NCBI GenBank assembly: GCA_045633705.1
Contig: JAZQYV010000019.1
Span: forward strand, 57,633-121,632
Reading direction: 5' to 3'
Length of the DNA stretch: 64,000 bases
Origin: Candidatus Onthoplasma sp.
Lineage (GTDB): Bacteria; Bacillota; Clostridia; Christensenellales; UBA1242
Made by a program: the position numbers and the translations under genes. This document shows positions 37,301-44,327 of the stretch, piece by piece. Every line of letters starts with the position of its first letter. Positions within the stretch are counted from its first letter, which is position 1. The notes beneath the pieces were generated by a model that was not told where the DNA came from, did no database searches, and worked only from the letters and a program-made list of their open reading frames with translations.

Positions 37301-37768
37301 AAGTTGTGTGGCAATTGCAATATCATTAGCTTCTTGAACACTTGTAGCACATATTACATTATATCCAGTGTTAAGCGCTGAATATATGTCGCCATGGTCA
37401 CAAAAAATGTTAAGTGCATGTGTTGCAATACTTCGTGATGAAACGTATATTACATTTGGCAACAATTCGCCGGCAATTTTGTACATATTTGGCAACATCA
37501 ACAATAAGCCTTGGCTAGATGTAAATGTGGTTGTAAGTGCACCACTGCTTAATGCTCCATGCATTGCACCTGCAACCCCAGCTTCTGATTGCATTTGGGT
37601 GATTTTAACAGGATTATCAAAAATATTTGTCACACCCTTTGCTGCATAATCATCGCAGTTTTCAGCCATTGGAGAACTTGGCGTAATTGGGTAAATTACT
37701 GCCATATCGTTCATTAAATATGCAATATGTGCCATTGCGCTATTGCCATCAATCGTAATTCTGTTCAT
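34349..37768 (-). CDS. nifJ: pyruvate:ferredoxin (flavodoxin) oxidoreductase
   Basis: 1139-aa single-polypeptide PFOR. Two ferredoxin-type 4Fe-4S motifs are present (CIQCGRCSVVCPH, CTGCGLCAQVCP), plus the TPP-binding C-terminal GGDGWAYDIGFGGLDH. GAGGAG SD. Confidence 0.95.
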   Translation of the reverse strand: MNRITIDGNSAMAHIAYLMNDMAVIYPITPSSPMAENCDDYAAKGVTNIFDNPVKITQMQSEAGVAGAMHGALSSGALTTTFTSSQGLLLMLPNMYKIAGELLPNVIYVSSRSIATHALNIFCDHGDIYSALNTGYNVICATSVQEANDIAIATQLASLDTSTPFICFFDGFRTSHELNTINQTTKDEILSLIDKDAIARFKSRALSCYKPYAKGTNQNPDVFFQNRMACKPYYDKVIDSVKASLAKTSAVTERFYDTIEYFGDKEATDVVVAMGSSIHTLKEAMPYMKGKTGVINIRLLQPFDEQNFINQLPKTVKNITILERNFNSNGQNPIYTHVLNAVFNNKLKVNILQGVYGLGGKEFTPDDAISVFYNMRDKMMTPFTVGITDDINNNSLPPLKLYSEPSSDFNARIYGLGSDGSVSSAKSIIKILGQNSYAQGYFDYDSKKSGSLTISHIRSSASPINKPFNSKQVDVVLCNNPSFLKKYNIASCLHSNGMLIINCSYSAKELNTVMLNEIKAEIADKNLKVYTINADKIALANNLGNKINNIMQTALFSATNVLPYEQAIEQIKHNIEVMFAKKGDDVVKNNIKAIMAVQKALKQINISALTPTEQPLVAEKTEYYEQVIKPIMRQKGNDVPVSKFKADGSMPSDTAKFEKRGVASEIPCWHAESCIQCGRCSVVCPHASLRPIIFDKTEKTPETFASKKAFLTDGEYRMQVEPMDCTGCGLCAQVCPMKGKAITMESDSKFKEVELANQQYAYTLPQKHPFELINVKGLQFKKPYFEYSGACAGCGETPYIKTLTQLFGDRMIIANATGCSSIYGGTFPTCPYTKDGLNLGPAWANSLFEDNAEFGFGIMQASTLKREQFIKTLKETEFTSDIKQIVNKFLKDTNNHQQNREILQQLNLYFATRGIDEQNKYLSDNIGLILKPSTWVIGGDGWAYDIGFGGLDHIIASGENINILVLDTEVYSNTGGQTSKSTPRGASAKFNQTGKTTKKKDLASMMMAYKDVYVAQINMGANPDQAIKAMIEAENYDGPSLILAYSPCINHGYDMKYSQTHGFTSVACGYNTLFRYNPKSKPTMTIDSVEPYSDYNEFVNSENRFKVLDKVNPKNKDKLLKQSKQDADARRKAYKQVKN

Positions 37769-37881
37769 AATATCTCCTCTATATATTTATGATATCACAA
37801 ATAAAATAATTTTCCTAATTAATTTTAAAATAAATATAAAAAATATAAAGTTTAAAAAACTTTTAACTTACAATAAGTTGA

Positions 37882-37911
37882 TTGACATTATTAATAGGGG
37901 TATGATACAAT
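37882..37911 (+). promoter_or_regulatory. sigma-A promoter for the LRR lipoprotein gene
   Basis: TTGACA (37882-37887), 18-nt spacer, TGaTACAAT (-10 at 37906-37911). Confidence 0.6.
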
Positions 37912-37922
37912 TACAACAATAA

Positions 37923-37930
37923 GGGGGGGG
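37923..37930 (+). repeat. G8 homopolymer forming the ribosome-binding site of the LRR lipoprotein gene
   Basis: AAGGGGGGGGATAAGATATG. Eight consecutive G in an AT-rich genome, ending 7 nt before the ATG at 37938. Confidence 0.9.
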
Positions 37931-37937
37931 ATAAGAT

Positions 37938-38855
37938 ATGAGTGATAACAAAAGTAAAACAAATACAAAACAAACTTCATTGATTAAAATTTTAAGCATG
38001 GTAGGTATGGCTATTATTCTAGTATGTTGTGCTTTTGCGTTTATCGGCTGCAAGAATAATATTAAATTTGATTTAAATGTATACTATTATGAGACCGCTG
38101 AAGGTTATGGAATAGCTAAATCTGATTTTGCTGGTGGTGATGCGTTTAAGGGAAAGGTTGAAATTCCTAGAACCCACAAAGGTAAACCTGTTACAGAAAT
38201 CTCTGATTTTGGCGGTAATAGATATGAGGTGGAATTTATATTGCCAGACACGCTTTTATATATTAGAAGTGGGGCTTTTATGTATTCACACATAACTACA
38301 ATTACTATTCCTAAAAGTGTAAAATTGATTGAACAGCCAAACTCTACGTTTAACGGTTGTGAATTGACAGAATTTATAGTTGAAGATGGTAATAGTGTAT
38401 ATGACAGTAGAAACAACTGTAATGGGTTGATAGAAACCGCAACCAATAAATTAATATTGGGCATCAACACGACTGTAATTCCACAGGGTGTAACAGCAAT
38501 AGGTAGATATGCGTATTCTGCTCAAAACACAACAATCTCATCTATTGTTATGCCAAATTCGGTAACAATGATTGAAGGAGATGCTTTTAGCTATTGTAAC
38601 AATATGACCAGCATTAAATTATCAGACAATTTACAATCTATAGGCTCGGGAGCCTTTACTAATTGCTATAATTTGAGTTCAATATATATACCTGCTGGTG
38701 TTGTTGAAATATCATACAATGTGTTTACTGGTTGCACAAATCTTGAAATATATTGTGAAGTTGATTCAAAACCTGCTGGTTGGAACAACAATTGGACGTC
38801 TAAAACAGTTAATTGGGGAGTAACGTACGAACAATATTTAGAAGAAATAAACTAA
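37938..38855 (+). CDS. BspA-type leucine-rich-repeat surface lipoprotein
   Basis: 305 aa with a lipobox-like FIGC. Repeated about 23-aa units of the LRR_5/BspA type: IPQGVTAIGRYAY, MPNSVTMIEGDAFSYCNNMTSIKL, SDNLQSIGSGAFTNCYNLSSIYIP, AGVVEISYNVFTGCTNLE. Confidence 0.8.
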   Translation: MSDNKSKTNTKQTSLIKILSMVGMAIILVCCAFAFIGCKNNIKFDLNVYYYETAEGYGIAKSDFAGGDAFKGKVEIPRTHKGKPVTEISDFGGNRYEVEFILPDTLLYIRSGAFMYSHITTITIPKSVKLIEQPNSTFNGCELTEFIVEDGNSVYDSRNNCNGLIETATNKLILGINTTVIPQGVTAIGRYAYSAQNTTISSIVMPNSVTMIEGDAFSYCNNMTSIKLSDNLQSIGSGAFTNCYNLSSIYIPAGVVEISYNVFTGCTNLEIYCEVDSKPAGWNNNWTSKTVNWGVTYEQYLEEIN

Positions 38856-38875
38856 ATCTATACAAAATTTCAAAT

Positions 38876-38908
38876 TAAAAATTCCAGATTCAATTCTGGA
38901 ATTTTTTG
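38876..38908. terminator. bidirectional terminator between the LRR gene and the XRE gene
   Basis: AATTCCAGA (38880-38888) / TCTGGAATT (38895-38903) flanked by an A-run and a T-run. Confidence 0.7.
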
Positions 38909-38911
38909 TAT

Positions 38912-39118
38912 CTACATTAATTGAGTTAATAATAGTTCATCAATTGAAATGTTAAAAAATTTTGCCACAGCAATTATATTGCTAACAGTGGGCTCACATA
39001 TTTCGTTTTCCCAAAACGAAATCATGCCCTTGCTAACATTTAAATATTCGGCAAGCTGTGGCTGGCTTAATCCTTTTTCCTTTCTTAATACTTTAAGGTT
39101 GTGTGCAAAATAATTCAT
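38912..39118 (-). CDS. XRE family helix-turn-helix transcriptional regulator
   Basis: 68 aa. LKVLRKEKGLSQPQLAEYLNVSKGMISFWENEICEPTVSNIIAVAKFFNISIDELL is a typical HTH_3 domain. No SD upstream. Confidence 0.85.
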   Translation of the reverse strand: MNYFAHNLKVLRKEKGLSQPQLAEYLNVSKGMISFWENEICEPTVSNIIAVAKFFNISIDELLLTQLM

Positions 39119-39122
39119 ACAA

Positions 39123-39183
39123 TCTTAGTTTACTAAACTTTTTCACTCATATACTTGACATCTTAGTATTCTAAGATTATAAT
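39123..39183 (+). promoter_or_regulatory. divergent control region: consensus promoter with operator-like palindromes
   Basis: TTGACA (39155-39160), 17-nt spacer, TATAAT (39178-39183). The spacer is almost entirely the inverted repeat TCTTAG-TATT-CTAAGA (39161-39176). A related half-degenerate site, TCTTAGTTTACTAAAC, lies at 39123-39138 next to the XRE start. Confidence 0.6.
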
Positions 39184-39215
39184 AAAATTATTAAACTGAA
39201 AAGGAGAAAAATGTT

Positions 39216-41033
39216 ATGGTTTATAGAAAGAATGACAGGCAAATTGATAAAGAAAAATCAGAACAAAGATATTATGCAAAATTAGTCAAAGGATATCCAA
39301 GTCCGGTGTGCGAATATTTCGTGGTGCATCAAACAAAGGGGAATGTAGATGTATGGAATTTAAGTACAGAAGAGATTGTTGAATATATTCTTTCTACTAA
39401 AAATATGGATATATTAAAATATTGCAAACAAGACCAAATGATTAATGATTATTCAACCTTACAATCAATATTAAAAATGGAAAAACAACACGGCCATATA
39501 ATCAAAGATATTGTAGGTTCAATGAATGGTTATAAATTATATAATGATGCGTATGCAGTAGTAGATTATAAAAGAAAAATAGAGGGCCAAGAAGTATCTG
39601 TTGAAGATATTATGGCTAACTTAGAAGAAATTAAAAAATCTGCTCCAAAATTCGATAACCAAACAAAGGCAATTAAGGCAACGCAAGTTACTAAAGAAGA
39701 GGCTAAGGAGTTAGATAAACTTAAAGGATTGATTTATCGCAAAAGTGATGAAGAGATTCAAAAGAAAAAGGTCGAACAGTTATATTATGCACGCCTTGTA
39801 AAGGGAATTCCAAGTCCAGTATGCGAATATTTTGTTGTGCATAAGACTAAAGGTGTTATTGATATTTGGGATTTAAGCACAGAGGATATTGTTAAATTTA
39901 TTATATCCAATAAAAATAATAATGGTTTTGATATATTAAAATACTGCAATAGCGACCAAATGATTAATGATTATTCAACTTTACAATCAATTTTAGATAT
40001 GGAGCAACAACATGGTCATATTATAAGGGATATTGTAGGCTCAATGAATGGATTTAAGTTGTATAACGATGCTAAAACAGCTGCTATCTATAAAAGTCAA
40101 GCAGAAGGTAAAGATGTTACAGTGCAGGATGTAATTAGCGATTACGTAAATTATGAAAACGCACAATCTATAGAGCAAGAACAAAGTAATGAAGAAGAAT
40201 ATACACAGCAAACAGTTCAAATAGAAGAAACGCAACAAGAAAGGCAAATAGAAGCAATCCAGCAAGAAGTTGAACAAGTTGAAGGTATTGATAATAGCGA
40301 GAATTTAGCACCAAATGATAAAGTGTCTAAATACGAAAAAGAACAAGAAGAAAATCAACAAGAGATCGAACAAGAAAACAAAATTAAATCAAGAGATCCA
40401 AAGGAAGATTTGATGGAAATGATTACGTGTTCAACATTGTCGCATATGGTAGATTTAATGGAACAGGAAAAATCTTATGTTGAGGGATCGGAATATCAAA
40501 TTCAAGATATCAGTTCAGAAACAAAGGACGCAATTAAACGATCGTTTAAATTGATGTGTTCTCACGATGATAGAAGAATAAAGGTTAACGGTGAATTTCA
40601 ATCTGCAAGCGACGTTGCTAGAAAGATTTTTATAAATCAAGATGAAGAGCTACTCCAACAACTTTTATCAAATAAAAAAATATCAAATAATGCCAAAAGA
40701 ATGTTACAAGACCTAAAAATCACAATGCCATTAGAGGATTCTTATTATATAATGAGAAGAAGACTTGATATCGAAGTTAAAAATAGAACCTATTGGGGCG
40801 AATCGTTAACAAGTCAAATTGACAAACTTAAACTAGATAAAGAAAAAGGCAGGGAAGGTTTTTATTGGGGTAGAATTAATCGCATAATAGAGCGCTGGGG
40901 ATATGGTAAGCAGTTGGCAAAAGGTGAAGATTTAGACAAACCTCTTGACGAGAATAAAGCAATTTTATGGGATTTGGACACTTGTGAACGAGTAAAACAA
41001 GAAATAAACGAAGAGGAGAAATTTAAATTTTAG
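39216..41033 (+). CDS. hypothetical protein with an internal tandem duplication and an E/Q-rich linker
   Basis: 605 aa. AAGGAG SD 9 nt upstream. Two about 135-aa copies (see the repeat feature), a Glu/Gln-rich linker, and a unique C-terminal domain of about 210 aa. I recognise no family. Confidence 0.7.
   Translation: MVYRKNDRQIDKEKSEQRYYAKLVKGYPSPVCEYFVVHQTKGNVDVWNLSTEEIVEYILSTKNMDILKYCKQDQMINDYSTLQSILKMEKQHGHIIKDIVGSMNGYKLYNDAYAVVDYKRKIEGQEVSVEDIMANLEEIKKSAPKFDNQTKAIKATQVTKEEAKELDKLKGLIYRKSDEEIQKKKVEQLYYARLVKGIPSPVCEYFVVHKTKGVIDIWDLSTEDIVKFIISNKNNNGFDILKYCNSDQMINDYSTLQSILDMEQQHGHIIRDIVGSMNGFKLYNDAKTAAIYKSQAEGKDVTVQDVISDYVNYENAQSIEQEQSNEEEYTQQTVQIEETQQERQIEAIQQEVEQVEGIDNSENLAPNDKVSKYEKEQEENQQEIEQENKIKSRDPKEDLMEMITCSTLSHMVDLMEQEKSYVEGSEYQIQDISSETKDAIKRSFKLMCSHDDRRIKVNGEFQSASDVARKIFINQDEELLQQLLSNKKISNNAKRMLQDLKITMPLEDSYYIMRRRLDIEVKNRTYWGESLTSQIDKLKLDKEKGREGFYWGRINRIIERWGYGKQLAKGEDLDKPLDENKAILWDLDTCERVKQEINEEEKFKF
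39219..40150 (+). repeat. tandem intragenic duplication (copy A about 39219-39640, copy B about 39733-40150)
   Basis: YRKNDRQIDKEKSEQRYYAKLVKGYPSPVCEYFVVHQTKG...DQMINDYSTLQSILKMEKQHGHIIKDIVGSMNGYKLYNDA compares with YRKSDEEIQKKKVEQLYYARLVKGIPSPVCEYFVVHKTKG...DQMINDYSTLQSILDMEQQHGHIIRDIVGSMNGFKLYNDA. Long stretches are also clearly similar at the DNA level. Confidence 0.85.
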
Positions 41034-41040
41034 TTAAAAT

Positions 41041-41073
41041 AAAAAAATCCGCAAGTTGTTTGCGGATTTTTGA
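41041..41073. terminator. bidirectional terminator between the 39216 gene and rplL
   Basis: AAATCCGCAA (41045-41054) / TTGCGGATTT (41060-41069) flanked by A7 and a T-run. Confidence 0.75.
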
Positions 41074-41091
41074 TTTGCATTATAAGAAATA

Positions 41092-41460
41092 TTATTTTAA
41101 TTCTACAGTAGCGCCAGCTTCCTTTAACTTAGCTTCGATTTCCTTAGCTTCAGCAGTAGGAACATTTTCCTTAATTGTAGCGCCAGCAGTTTCAACTAGG
41201 TTCTTAGCATCAACTAGGCCTAAACCAGTGATTTCACGTACAACCTTAATAACTGCGATTTTGTTAGCACCAGTATCCTTCAATACTACGTTGAATTCGC
41301 TCTTTTCTTCTGCAGCAGCAGCTTCAGCGCCTGCAGCAGGACCAGCTACAACAGCAGCAGCGGCACTAACACCAAATTCTTCTTCTAATGCGTGAACTAA
41401 ATCACATAGTTCAACAGCTGTTTTTGTTTTGATTTCTTCAATAATTTCTTGTATTGTCAT
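41092..41460 (-). CDS. rplL: 50S ribosomal protein L7/L12
   Basis: 122 aa from the ATG at 41460 ([11 protein letters not shown]...); the TTG at 41469 lies too close to the GGAG SD. An Ala-rich hinge is followed by a C-terminal domain, [24 protein letters not shown]...[19 protein letters not shown]. Confidence 0.95.
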   Translation of the reverse strand: MTIQEIIEEIKTKTAVELCDLVHALEEEFGVSAAAAVVAGPAAGAEAAAAEEKSEFNVVLKDTGANKIAVIKVVREITGLGLVDAKNLVETAGATIKENVPTAEAKEIEAKLKEAGATVELK

Positions 41461-41543
41461 AATAAACAATTCTCCTTTTTAAGTATTTATCTTTTTCAAA
41501 CGTTTAAAGTGATTTGACACACTAGGCAGTTAAGCCACCCAAA

Positions 41544-42032
41544 CTAATTTTGCTTGTCTGCGATTGCTTGAATAGCACGAGCAAGTGCAGATACTGGAGC
41601 ATTGAGCATAGCAAGTAAGTTTGCGATAAGTTGTTCCTTTGATGGGATATTTGCAAGTTTTTCAACTTGAGCCTTATCAACAACTTCACCATTTAAGAAA
41701 CCTGCTTTGATTTCCATTTTATTAAGAGCCTTAATTTGATTCTTAATAATACGAGGAGCACAAGTTTCATCTTCCATACCAAATGCAAAAGCTGTAGTAC
41801 CTTCTAAGTAAGAATCGAAACCTTGAATACCAAGTTCTTCACAAGCTTTTTGGAAAAGTCTATTTTTATAAACTTTGTAAACTGTGTTGTTGTTTCTGCA
41901 TTCTTTACGAAGAGTAGTATCTTCAGCAACTGTGATTCCGCGATAGTCTACTAAAACAATTGATTTAGCATTGCTAATATTTTGTTTAATCTCGTCTACC
42001 ACTAACTTTTTTGCTTCTTGATTAGCTGACAT
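41544..42032 (-). CDS. rplJ: 50S ribosomal protein L10
   Basis: 162 aa. KSIVLVDYRGITVAEDTTLRKECRNNNTVYKVYKNRL is typical L10. AAGGAGG SD. Confidence 0.95.
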   Translation of the reverse strand: MSANQEAKKLVVDEIKQNISNAKSIVLVDYRGITVAEDTTLRKECRNNNTVYKVYKNRLFQKACEELGIQGFDSYLEGTTAFAFGMEDETCAPRIIKNQIKALNKMEIKAGFLNGEVVDKAQVEKLANIPSKEQLIANLLAMLNAPVSALARAIQAIADKQN

Positions 42033-42190
42033 TTGTTCCTCCTTATAATGCTTATATAAATAAAAATCTCCTATGCCTAAAAGACATAAGAGACACTAAA
42101 TTCTACTTAAAATCTCACCTCAACAAGCATAACTAAATGTTATTTACGCTAAATGCACTTGCAGTCTTAGGCACATCAATATTTATTTAC
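42033..42190 (-). promoter_or_regulatory. structured rplJ 5' leader with an internal terminator (L10-leader-like attenuator)
   Basis: The 5' UTR is about 158 nt from the promoter at 42198-42226. A terminator hairpin is formed by plus-strand TCTCCTATG (42067-42075) and CATAAGAGA (42085-42093), followed by a U-run just upstream of the SD. An upstream segment, 42164-42172 (GTCTTAGGC on plus), can pair with 42075-85 (GCCTAAAAGAC). That target spans the terminator loop and both closing bases, giving an alternative structure. Confidence 0.5.
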
Positions 42191-42197
42191 GAAACGT

Positions 42198-42226
42198 ATT
42201 ATAATACAAAATAAATAGTTTGTCAA
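42198..42226 (-). promoter_or_regulatory. consensus sigma-A promoter for rplJ-rplL
   Basis: The minus strand reads TTGACA (42226-42221), 17-nt spacer, TATAAT (42203-42198). Confidence 0.7.
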
Positions 42227-42458
42227 CACTTTTTTTAAAAAAGTTTAAACAATTTGCCATATTTTTATAAAATCAAACATTATTTAGCTTGTTGTAGTTG
42301 TTTGTGTTAACATACAAAATGAAACCTAGTAAAACAAGAAATAGAATATTTATATTTAATTTGCGCATAATAGCGTTGATTTAAAAACTTATAAAAATCA
42401 TTTGACAATTAATTACAAAAAATTTTATAATTAAATTAATAGCATAAAGGAGATAAAT

Positions 42459-44225
42459 ATGAAGAAACAAATACTAATGGGGGCATTAGCTTTAAGTTCA
42501 GCTGCATTATTAGGGTTGGTTGGCTGTGGGGATAAAAAAGACAACAAAAAACAGCCAGAATTACCAAAGTATACAGTAACTTTTGACCATGATAACAATC
42601 CTGAAACTGACAACATAATTGTTGAATACACAAAGGGCGATAAAAACCTAAAAGGATATAATTATGTAAAAGCGCTTAATAAGGAAGTTGATGGTTATGC
42701 AGTTGTTTGGGACGACTATACACTTAACGATGAAGATATTGTTGTTAATGCTAGATATGGTGACGGTTCTGAACAAAACCCTTATTTGGTTTCAACGGGC
42801 GAACAGTTTGCTCAAATCTTAAAAGATTATTCAGCCAAGTCTACCGAATTTATAAGAGGTAATGGGACGGCTTGTGATGAGTCTGAGGCTCTTGGTAAGA
42901 TTGAGGAATATAAAGCTGTAAAATTTGTTTATTCAAGAGCTGCAGTAACAGATGAATGGGGTTCTCCTAGTATGGAGATTAAGAATTCTGGAAAAAAATA
43001 CTATAAGTTAATTTCGTCAATCAGCTTGAGTGGTAATGGTGCAGAATCGGTTGTTAATAATGTTGGTTTAGCAGATTTACAAAAAGTATATTTTAATGGC
43101 GTAATTGATGGGGCAAAGGACCAACAATCTAATTATACAATATCTGGGCTTGACGGAACTATGTTTAAATCAACTGAAGGGGCATTGTTTAATAATTTGG
43201 TTGGTGCAACATTTAAAAACCTTGTGGTAAGACTTGGCGATAACATTGGTTCTTTGGCAGGAATTGCAAGAGGCGGAAACAATGTGTTTGAAAATATTAA
43301 AGTTTATAGCACAAACCAACCAACGTTTGTAAGTGCTGATGATAACAATGAATCACCATTTATTGTACATGCGTTAGGAGATACCACAAGATTGTATTTT
43401 GAAAATTGTGAAAACCGTGCAAATATTAATAGCGTGGCAGAATATCATGGATTGTTCTTAGGTGGATATGCAAAAGATATTGAATTGTTATCATTTACTA
43501 ATTGCGTAAACTATGGAACAATTACCTCAGTTGGCGGTGTAGGTATGCTAACCGGTAACGGACATTATAATCCTAAAGAAATTAGCGTTACAGGTTGCAA
43601 AAATGAAGGCGAATTTATTACTCAAAAAGCTTCGCACATATTAGTTTCAAACATGACCGGCTCGGGTTTGATAAATACCAATGTTGCAACATACGATGTG
43701 GTGGGTAACGGCTATAGTGTTGAAACATTCAAAACATTGCAAGCTGAGTACAGGGGCGGAACTGATGGTACAAATATTGTAATTACCAATTCTGAAATTG
43801 GTGAAAATGTTGAAGCTGGAAATTATCAAGTAGTTCTTAGTGCATTTGCAATTAATGACCAAAACAGAACCATAAAACTTAATATTATAGTTAATAAGTC
43901 TATAACAGCAGATGCTGAAACTATAACATTTGAAGAAATTTATTATGGTTTTATTGATTTGAACACATATAACGCAAATAGTCAAACCCAAATTACGGTT
44001 GATGATACATGGCAAACATTAACAGGATATAGCAATATCAAATACAAATTGACAGATAATAAATATGTATTCGATTTTACTCAGTACGAAATTGATAATG
44101 CTATAACAAATCATAAAATGAGTATAAATACAGAAACAACTCAGTTAACAAAATCCGGTTTGGCATTTATCACAAATCAATCTGGTAAAGTTGAAGCAAT
44201 TAAGTTGGTGGCCAGCTTTAATTAA
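42459..44225 (+). CDS. surface lipoprotein with a Listeria-Bacteroides (Flg_new) repeat and a GLUG-like module
   Basis: 588 aa with lipobox LVGC. KYTVTFDHDNN...VDGYAVVWDDYTL...VVNARY resembles a Flg_new repeat. The QNPYLVSTGEQFAQI lead-in and SLAGIARGGNN / GLFLGGYAKD / VGMLTGNGH motifs resemble the modules of the giant protein. AAAGGAG SD. Confidence 0.7.
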   Translation: MKKQILMGALALSSAALLGLVGCGDKKDNKKQPELPKYTVTFDHDNNPETDNIIVEYTKGDKNLKGYNYVKALNKEVDGYAVVWDDYTLNDEDIVVNARYGDGSEQNPYLVSTGEQFAQILKDYSAKSTEFIRGNGTACDESEALGKIEEYKAVKFVYSRAAVTDEWGSPSMEIKNSGKKYYKLISSISLSGNGAESVVNNVGLADLQKVYFNGVIDGAKDQQSNYTISGLDGTMFKSTEGALFNNLVGATFKNLVVRLGDNIGSLAGIARGGNNVFENIKVYSTNQPTFVSADDNNESPFIVHALGDTTRLYFENCENRANINSVAEYHGLFLGGYAKDIELLSFTNCVNYGTITSVGGVGMLTGNGHYNPKEISVTGCKNEGEFITQKASHILVSNMTGSGLINTNVATYDVVGNGYSVETFKTLQAEYRGGTDGTNIVITNSEIGENVEAGNYQVVLSAFAINDQNRTIKLNIIVNKSITADAETITFEEIYYGFIDLNTYNANSQTQITVDDTWQTLTGYSNIKYKLTDNKYVFDFTQYEIDNAITNHKMSINTETTQLTKSGLAFITNQSGKVEAIKLVASFN

Positions 44226-44239
44226 TGCAAGGTATAAAA

Positions 44240-44266
44240 AGATTGACTGAAAAGTCAGTCTTTTTT
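44240..44266 (+). terminator. rho-independent terminator
   Basis: AGATTGACT / AGTCAGTCT hairpin (one G-U pair) followed by T6. Confidence 0.65.
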
Positions 44267-44327
44267 ATTTTAACAAAGTATCATAAATTACTATTCATAA
44301 ATTTGGAATTGTTACATATAATTTAGC

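Noticed and set aside
41060-41395. 111-aa Ala/Ser-rich ORF on the plus strand
   Set aside because: It lies entirely antisense to rplL. Its Ala-rich composition mirrors the GC-rich Ala codons of the L7/L12 hinge, and it has no SD or promoter.
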